Shown here: piece after piece, positions 57,151 through 64,000 of the stretch
Layout: each line of letters opens with the position of its first letter
Position numbering within the stretch: the stretch's first letter is position 1
Assembly: GCF_001194135.2 (NCBI RefSeq)
Contig: NC_068998.1
Location: forward strand, 54,684,159-54,748,158
DNA from: Octopus bimaculoides
Taxonomy: Eukaryota
DNA length: 64,000 nucleotides
Reading direction: 5' to 3'
Program-made: the position numbers and the translations under genes
The notes under the pieces: generated by a model
What the model was told of the DNA's origin: nothing
The model's input: only the letters and a program-made list of their open reading frames with translations
Databases searched by the model: none

Positions 57151-59831
57151 GTTTATTCATTACCATTATTTTGTGATTGCATTTATAATTAATGGGAGCA
57201 AACCCTGGCCATTATCTACTCAAGAATATCCAATGTTAATAGAAGAAAGTATTCCTGTGGAACAGAGTTGGAAATTTAGTGCACCATCCGTCCGCCTGTC
57301 CATCCATCCATCTTCTGTTTCCTACCACCTATGGTCTGGTGGCCTTGCTACATTTGAGTGTTTTAGTTGCTTTTAAGATTCCAGTCTTTGAGATTAGTCT
57401 TCACCCTTAGATGCACCTCCACTAGAAGATTTTATTGGAACTGTGATTGGAATTTGTTCTCTGCCCCTCTCTAAGGTGCTCTTCTCTGTCGAGAGAATTC
57501 CAGCCAAACTCTTAACAACGAGTATGGAAGAGGGTTTCCAGAATACTTTACTAACCAAAAACCATAATTTCTTTGGGTCTGTATATTTTAAGCCTCGTAA
57601 ATTACGAATCTGCAAGATTGTGGTGAGATTTGAACCTCTGCCTTCCTTTTCTGTAATTTTTCAGTTTTGAATTCCTTTTGAAATTTGTTTTCAGAATTGA
57701 AATTATGAGACTTCAAAATTATGCCCAACAGCAATCTGAAAAAAGAACTTTTCATAAAAAGCGAAAACTTAAAATTTACTGAGAAGATGGGGAGGAGGGG
57801 AAGTAAAACAAAAAAAAAAAACAACTCTCGTTTGTGTGCGCATGTGTGAGTGTTTACTGTAATCTGTGATGCTTAAAACATCCAAATCCAAAGAAATTAC
57901 AGTTTTAGGCACCTTTGATAATGTANNNNNNNNNNNNNNNNNNNNNNNNNNNNNNNNNNNNNNNNNNNNNNNNNNNNNNNNNNNNNNNNNNNNNNNNNNN
58001 NNNNNNNNNNNNNNNNNNNNNNNNNNNNNNNNNNNNNNNNNNNNNNNNNNNNNNNNNNNNNNNNNNNNNNNNNNNNNNNNNNNNNNNNNNNNNNNNNNNN
58101 NNNNNNNNNNNNNNNNNNNNNNNNNNNNNNNNNNNNNNNNNNNNNNNNNNNNNNNNNNNNNNNNNNNNNNNNNNNNNNNNNNNNNNNNNNNNNNNNNNNN
58201 NNNNNNNNNNNNNNNNNNNNNNNNNNNNNNNNNNNNNNNNNNNNNNNNNNNNNNNNNNNNNNNNNNNNNNNNNNNNNNNNNNNNNNNNNNNNNNNNNNNN
58301 NNNNNNNNNNNNNNNNNNNNNNNNNNNNNNNNNNNNNNNNNNNNNNNNNNNNNNNNNNNNNNNNNNNNNNNNNNNNNNNNNNNNNNNNNNNNNNNNNNNN
58401 NNNNNNNNNNNNNNNNNNNNNNNNNNNNNNNNNNNNNNNNNNNNNNNNNNNNNNNNNNNNNNNNNNNNNNNNNNNNNNNNNNNNNNNNNNNNNNNNNNNN
58501 NNNNNNNNNNNNNNNNNNNNNNNNNNNNNNNNNNNNNNNNNNNNNNNNNNNNNNNNNNNNNNNNNNNNNNNNNNNNNNNNNNNNNNNNNNNNNNNNNNNN
58601 NNNNNNNNNNNNNNNNNNNNNNNNNNNNNNNNNNNNNNNNNNNNNNNNNNNNNNNNNNNNNNNNNNNNNNNNNNNNNNNNNNNNNNNNNNNNNNAAACCT
58701 CTTTTTAACGCATTTGACAATCTTTCATTTAAAAAAAAAAGGACTTTATTTCGAGCAAAATCTTCAAAACTAAATTGCACGGGTTTTCTTTATTTAATCC
58801 ATGGATTTTGAACATCTCCACACAAATGTGATCCACCGACTTTATTTCCTCATAACTTTCTGAAAAATGAATATTTTTAAATGAAATTTTCCATAAATAT
58901 GCTTCAGATGATGTAAATTGCGATTATTTTGGAATTTGTGTTGCAAAAGAAAAAAAAAAAAAAGTTTCCGATAATGAAAAGAGGAGTTTCAGAAAATTGA
59001 CATGAGTCGACGAAATTTCCTACAAACACCTTTCAAAGTGCATAAATTATGATTCTATCGTTATTTAATATGAAAAAACAAAAAACATTTTGGTGGGTTC
59101 GTATCCTGAAACATCGTACGAAATGAAACTTGAAATTTCGACCAAAAAACTTCCGTTTGTCAGTTTGTATGTGTACAAATCCACAGCTTTTCTTTTTCCT
59201 ATTAAATAACGATATAATCGTAATTTACAAACTCTGAAAGGTATTTGTAGTAAACTTCATTAAAAAATACCCATTTTCCCCGAAAGATATGGAGAGACAA
59301 AGCCAGTTTATGTGAATTTTCTGAAACTCCTCACTCCAGCCACAAATTCCCATATTATCAGAATCTGCGCCATCGGAAGCATATTTGTAGAGAATTTCAT
59401 TAAAAAATATCTATTTTTCCTGGAAATTCTGAGGAAACAAAGTCGATGGGGGTCACATTTGTGTAGATTTGCTCAAGACAACTCGCCACATCTAGAATCG
59501 GTACATTTTAGAAACTGTTTAGATAGCATTGCAAAGGACTGACCTTAATTAAATTCACATTTCTTAATACTATATTAACGTGTTCCTGAATTTCTCCAAA
59601 CGACACCATTGCCATACAATAATTGTGTGAATGGTAAGATTCAAAAATTCATTTTCCAAAGAACAAGTCATTTTTGAAAGATTCTGGTGTGAGTTTTAAA
59701 GAAAACATTTCCTGAAAAATGTGATTTGTCTCATTTTTATTAAGAAATTTAAAAAATTATTTTCTTGAAGTTACTATTTTTTAAATTTGTTTATATAATT
59801 AAAGTTTTCAATTAACTTTATTTTGTAAATT

Positions 59832-60429
59832 CGGATCTATTTCAAAACGGGGGCACCAGTTTTCATTTATGTTTTATGTAGTGTTTTTGGTACCGAAAGA
59901 CTTTCAAACTTCGTATACTTATCTATTTTGTGTTATAGAACAGAAAAAAAATTTTGTATTCGAATTTATTTCATGTAAAAAATTGTCTTATTTCGATAAT
60001 TTCTACTAATCACTGACGTCTATTCAGTTGAAAACAGTTAGCGCTGTAACGGTGTATATCGTATTAATCCCCTAACCCTAACTCTAGAATCCGAACTCTA
60101 AAATTGTTACACACATAGATACGCACAGCGTAATTTAATATATAAACAATATATGCGTATAAATTACGATTAAACCGGATGAAATATGCCACAGGGAATA
60201 ACATTTTTATGACCGCCCAGCAGTAACTCTATTCAGCTGAATAGACGTCAGTGATTGGTTGAAATTATAGAAATACGACAACTTTAACATGGAATAACTT
60301 GCGATGTACATTTTTTTGTTAAGAAGACTAAGAGTAAAAGATGTTTTATATGACACATTCTACCAGTGTCCCAAGTTTCAAAGTGTTTCGTTAAGAAAAT
60401 ACTGGTGCCCCCGTTTTGAAATAGATCCG
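59832..60429. mobile_element. 598-bp non-autonomous DNA transposon, perfect 29-bp TIRs, 6-bp target duplication TAAATT
   Basis: CGGATCTATTTCAAAACGGGGGCACCAGT (59832-59860) and its reverse complement (60401-60429); TAAATT at 59826-59831 and 60430-60435; internal IR aatcactgacgtctattcag / ctgaatagacgtcagtgatt. Confidence 0.85.
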
Positions 60430-60432
60430 TAA

Positions 60433-60613
60433 ATTCTGTTGTGTTCTGGGGAGAATCATTTTCTTTTTTGTGCCTTTATAATTTAACAAACTCACCGGTA
60501 AAATTTCCACTTATTTTTATTTTCCTAAAATTTTCATTGTGTCTTGCAACCTTTTCAATAGCCTTGAAATTTTAAGGCACAATAAGAAAATGACTCCCCA
60601 GACACAACAGAAT
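60433..60613. mobile_element. MITE with ~30-bp imperfect TIRs
   Basis: attctgttgtgttctggggagaatcattttctt ... aagaaaatgactccccagacacaacagaat. Confidence 0.75.
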
Positions 60614-60719
60614 ATGCTTCAACATACGAAATCACATGAAAAATCTTGCAAACCAAATCCAAAAACGAAATTTATTTTGTAAAGTTATACTAGAACCAAA
60701 ACTTAAATGAGTTGTAGTG

Positions 60720-60810
60720 GCGCGTGTGGCCGCCATCTTGGGAAGTGCCATTGCGCATGGGCAAGGAACTAGCCGTCAGCGGAAGTACCTGAGCACGCAT
60801 GCGCAATGCA
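60720..60810. promoter_or_regulatory. CpG-rich housekeeping-type promoter with YY1, ETS and NRF-1-like sites
   Basis: GCCGCCATCTTG (YY1, 60729-60740); GGAAGTG (60741-60747) and CGGAAGT (60780-60786) ETS cores; TGCGCATGGGCA (60752-60763) and CACGCATGCGCA (60794-60805) NRF-1-like; local CpG enrichment in an AT-rich window. Confidence 0.6.
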
Positions 60811-61128
60811 ATGCAACAGGTGGAGAGAAAACAATAGCGTTTTCCCTCTTTTCTCTCTAGCAGCGGTGGCGACAGGACGTCTTGCAGGCTCTCTGACAAC
60901 TCGACCCAGACATGTGGTCGAAGCTTCTTTGGTATTCTAGCGACATGCCTATTCACCCAGGAACGAAACGGCTCTACACCAACCTAGAATAAAGTATGTT
61001 CTGTTGTTACCGTTATCTCTCGTGTTGTATTTTTGGATTTAATGATTAATATAAGAATTGGGGAGAGATGGCCGAGCCATCATATCTCATCCAATTCTTA
61101 TACAGTTTTCTACTTTATTGTTCCACAG

Positions 61129-61383
61129 AGTCCTGGAAACGTGGCTTCAAGATGGTTCTCATGGCTAAAAAGTAGAGAAGTTGTTAAAGCAATCCAGTAT
61201 ATGTTGTGACTCTTCTACAGTTTCACACTTTATTCGTGTGTACACATACACACGAATAGTACCACTCCTATGGTGCAAAAATTGTGTTGAGGAACTTATT
61301 GAAGGGAGCTCCCACAAGATCTGTAGATGAAGTCTGGTAGAGGTGCTCAACAAAGAATACACAACTATGTTTAACATTAAAAA
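61129..61383 (+). other. Probable exon 2 of a downstream gene (mostly 5' UTR; candidate start ATG 61367, MFNIK-)
   Basis: Acceptor ttgttccacag|61129 and donor AA|gtaagt at 61384; upstream donor AAA|gtatgt at 60994 closes a putative exon 1 after the promoter; in-frame TGA at 61328 precedes the ATG. Confidence 0.4.
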
Positions 61384-63110
61384 GTAAGTGATTTTTTTTT
61401 GTTTGTTTTTTCAAAAGTTTGTCCTTCAAATTTCAACAAATTCTTGGACTTTTCTGTTTTGGTCCTTCCCAACTTCATGTTTTCTTTCATTGGGTTGACT
61501 CCAGGAATTGGGAATTAAAGTTAATTGTAAAGGAACATAATAGGATAAGTTTTAAGATTTCTTGAGAGAGATTTGGCTGCTGTTTCTAACAGGTTGAGCA
61601 ACTGTAGAAGCTGCATGGCTTTTGTAGGTGGGATTGCATTGGAAGTATTATCAAGCGAATTGTTGAGTGTCAAATGCATGCAAAGTGAACCATTTGTACA
61701 AGTGGTTCCAAGTCTGTTCAGTGAGGGCTGCCCTGGGGCTAAATAGCAATAATTTAGTTTGCATGTTGTTTACCGTCATAAAAAAAAGTGAAAGTAAATT
61801 GCAAAAGAAACTAGAACCGACGACTGTCACACCACTCAATTTTATAAAAGGATTATAAAGAACTTTCTCATTATGTCACAACCATAGGCTGCTAGGTGTC
61901 TTGTACATTCTTGTGATGTATTTCAGGGTTTGTAGGAATTTAGGTTGAAATCTTACTCAAATCACCAATCATCAGTTCTTCCTGCCATTAAAAACAAAAA
62001 AACTCTGATTTTTTGCTGGAGCAGAGTTAGATATCGAACTAAATAACATCGATCAAGTCTCAGAATTATTTTTCTAACATCGAAGCTTAATTCTCTCTAA
62101 ATTGCAAACTACTTATACGAGTTATCTCCCTTGTTTGCATAGCGATCATCTTTTTTCCTTATAATTTGGTTGTTGAATGTCAGAAGTTCACAGTAACCCG
62201 AGTAAAAATAATTGTTAAAAGTGGTTTATTTTTAGGATGGTGGATTGGCAGCACCAGATTACTTGTCTTGAATATGTCTTCTGGCTTCTGTGTTGCTCTG
62301 TGTTCACGCCTATAGGAACCTGGCAGGTGTGAAGTGGATTCGATCCACTTTACCCATATTTGAATAGCTAGGCCGAAGCGGTCTCCACCACTTGACCCTT
62401 TTCTGACCTCTTCTGCTCCATCTAGAATTGAGGTAAACAAGCTAAATCCTTTGCACTCACTGCCCTGCTTCATGGCTATATAAACAGGACACTCCAAGAA
62501 AACTTCCTCTTTTCACTTTCTAGTGACCAGTGGTCACTTGACGTCTCATGGAGAAAGATGCCTGGCTGATCAACTACAACTTGGCAGAGGGAGAAATAAC
62601 TTTACTGTCAGCCACTGTCAGACAACGGCGCCAACATTATAACCCTACCATCTCTCCCTCTACACAATTACTGCTATAAAAGANNNNNNNNNNNNNNNNN
62701 NNNNNNNNNNNNNNNNNNNNNNNNNNNNNNNNNNNNNNNNNNNNNNNNNNNNNNNNNNNNNNNNNNNNNNNNNNNNNNNNNNNNNNNNNNNNNNNNNNNN
62801 NNNNNNNNNNNNNNNNNNNNNNNNNNNNNNNNNNNNNNNNNNNNNNNNNNNNNNNNNNNNNNNNNNNNNNNNNNNNNNNNNNNNNNNNNNNNNNNNNNNN
62901 NNNNNNNNNNNNNNNNNNNNNNNNNNNNNNNNNNNNNNNNNNNNNNNNNNNNNNNNNNNNNNNNNNNNNNNNNNNNNNNNNNNNNNNNNNNNNNNNNNNN
63001 NNNNNNNNNNNNNNNNNNNNNNNNNNNNNNNNNNNNNNNNNNNNNNNNNNNNNNNNNNNNNNNNNNNNNNNNNNNNNNNNNNNNNNNNNNNNNNNNNNNN
63101 NNNATAATAT

Positions 63111-64000
63111 ATGCGCTTTCCCGAGCAAGACACACCTGCAACCTCTTCGTCTGCAGACATGGCACTGCCTCAGGCCGCAATTTCTGTAAAATTGCCATCC
63201 TTCTGGTCTTTTGATCCGGCCCTGTGGTTCGCCCACGGCGAGGCTCAGTTTGCTGCGAATAGGATAACAAGCGATGCAGCGAAACTGACGCATTTAATCG
63301 GTGCCCTTTCTCCTGAAATAATGATGGAGGTCAGGGACTTGATTATGGCCCCACCAGGTTCCGTGTCTTACGACACTTTTAAGAATGAACTAATCAAAAG
63401 GACCTCCGTCTCGGAGCAACGGCGGCTGCACCAACTCTTAATTTCCGAAGAGTTGGGAGATAAAACTCCGTCGCAACTATTACGACGGATGAAACAACTG
63501 CTAGGTGATCAGACCTTGCCAGACGGGATATTTAAACAGATATTCCTGAAACGTCTGCCTGCCAACACACAAGTGATACTGGCATCTACGAAAGAATCGG
63601 CTTCTGTCGATGAACTGGCCGAGATAGCAGATCGAATCGCTGAGACAGCCAACCCCTTCTCGACAATAGCGCCAATATCTTCCACCAATCCTTTTGCTAC
63701 TTCTTCGGATTTGTCGGAAATGCTGGAAGTACGTGCACTTCTGACTCAACAGGCAGCGCAGATACAGACACTCTCAGCGCAATTGCAAGAGCTGACATGT
63801 CGCAGCCGCTCACCGCACAAGAACAACCAACCCCGACACTTTCATAGAAGACGTTCGGGGAGCCCTAGCGTAAACCGGCGGTTTCCTCGGTTTTGCTATT
63901 ACCACAGGAGATACGGCAAAGACGCGTTTTCCTGCAATCAACCCTGTTCTTTCCACAGACATACTCCTGCTGGCCCGGGAAACGAGCAAGCCAGGTTGTA
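63111..64000 (+). mobile_element. gag: Ty3/Gypsy (CsRn1-like lineage) gag ORF, intact, running to window end
   Basis: Open frame from ATG 63111/63159 with no stop: MALPQAAISVKLPSFWSFDPALWFAHGEAQF...EELGDKTPSQLLRRMKQLLG...FLKRLP...LAEIADRI...CYYHRRYGKDAFSCNQPC (C-x2-H-x9-C-x3-C). Missing from the ORF track because no stop falls inside the window. Confidence 0.9.
63977..63983 (+). promoter_or_regulatory. Candidate -1 ribosomal frameshift heptamer G GGA AAC at gag end
   Basis: X XXY YYZ pattern in the correct gag phase (CCG GGA AAC), five codons before a TA- codon cut by the window edge. Confidence 0.65.

Noticed and set aside
57394-57670. Overlapping ~75-aa ORFs with coding-like composition
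   Set aside because: No motif recognised and no splice-consistent partner exons.
60070-60081. Telomeric (CCCTAA)2 as an interstitial telomere
   Set aside because: Only two units, located inside a transposon.
62180-62683. Possible 5' LTR/leader of the gag element (TATA-like ctatataaa near 62477)
   Set aside because: No TG...CA boundaries or primer-binding site identified; a gap separates it from gag and no second LTR is in the window.

Overview
AT-rich, intron-rich animal DNA with dense microsatellites, tRNA-derived SINEs, MITEs and eight N gaps. The repeat landscape resembles an octopod (Octopus-like) draft genome; this is inference. Most of the window (2280-50366, + strand) is one spliced gene that the ORF track fragments. 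I traced 20 GT-AG coding exons whose phases join into one reading frame of 3705 nt (1234 aa + stop). One further ROC exon is missing and probably lies in the 19949-20632 gap. The predicted domain order is Neuralized (NHR) - ROC GTPase with a ~160-aa insert - COR - Cys/His cluster - Death domain - TIR (TIR_2-type, putative catalytic Glu retained) - low-complexity tail ending in the CaaX motif CNVL. This is a kinase-less Roco protein with a sensor/GTPase/effector layout suggestive of an innate-immune or cell-death signalosome. Its ROC G4 motif reads THRN rather than THxD. Downstream lie an 86-bp duplicate of the 3' UTR beside a gap, a 598-bp TIR element with a 6-bp target duplication, a CpG-rich YY1/ETS/NRF-1 promoter with probable first exons of the next gene, and an intact CsRn1-type Gypsy gag ending at a GGGAAAC frameshift site. 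Introns hold a decayed Gypsy pol, foldback elements and degenerate hammerhead-ribozyme-like motifs. No rRNA, true tRNA gene or CRISPR array is supported.
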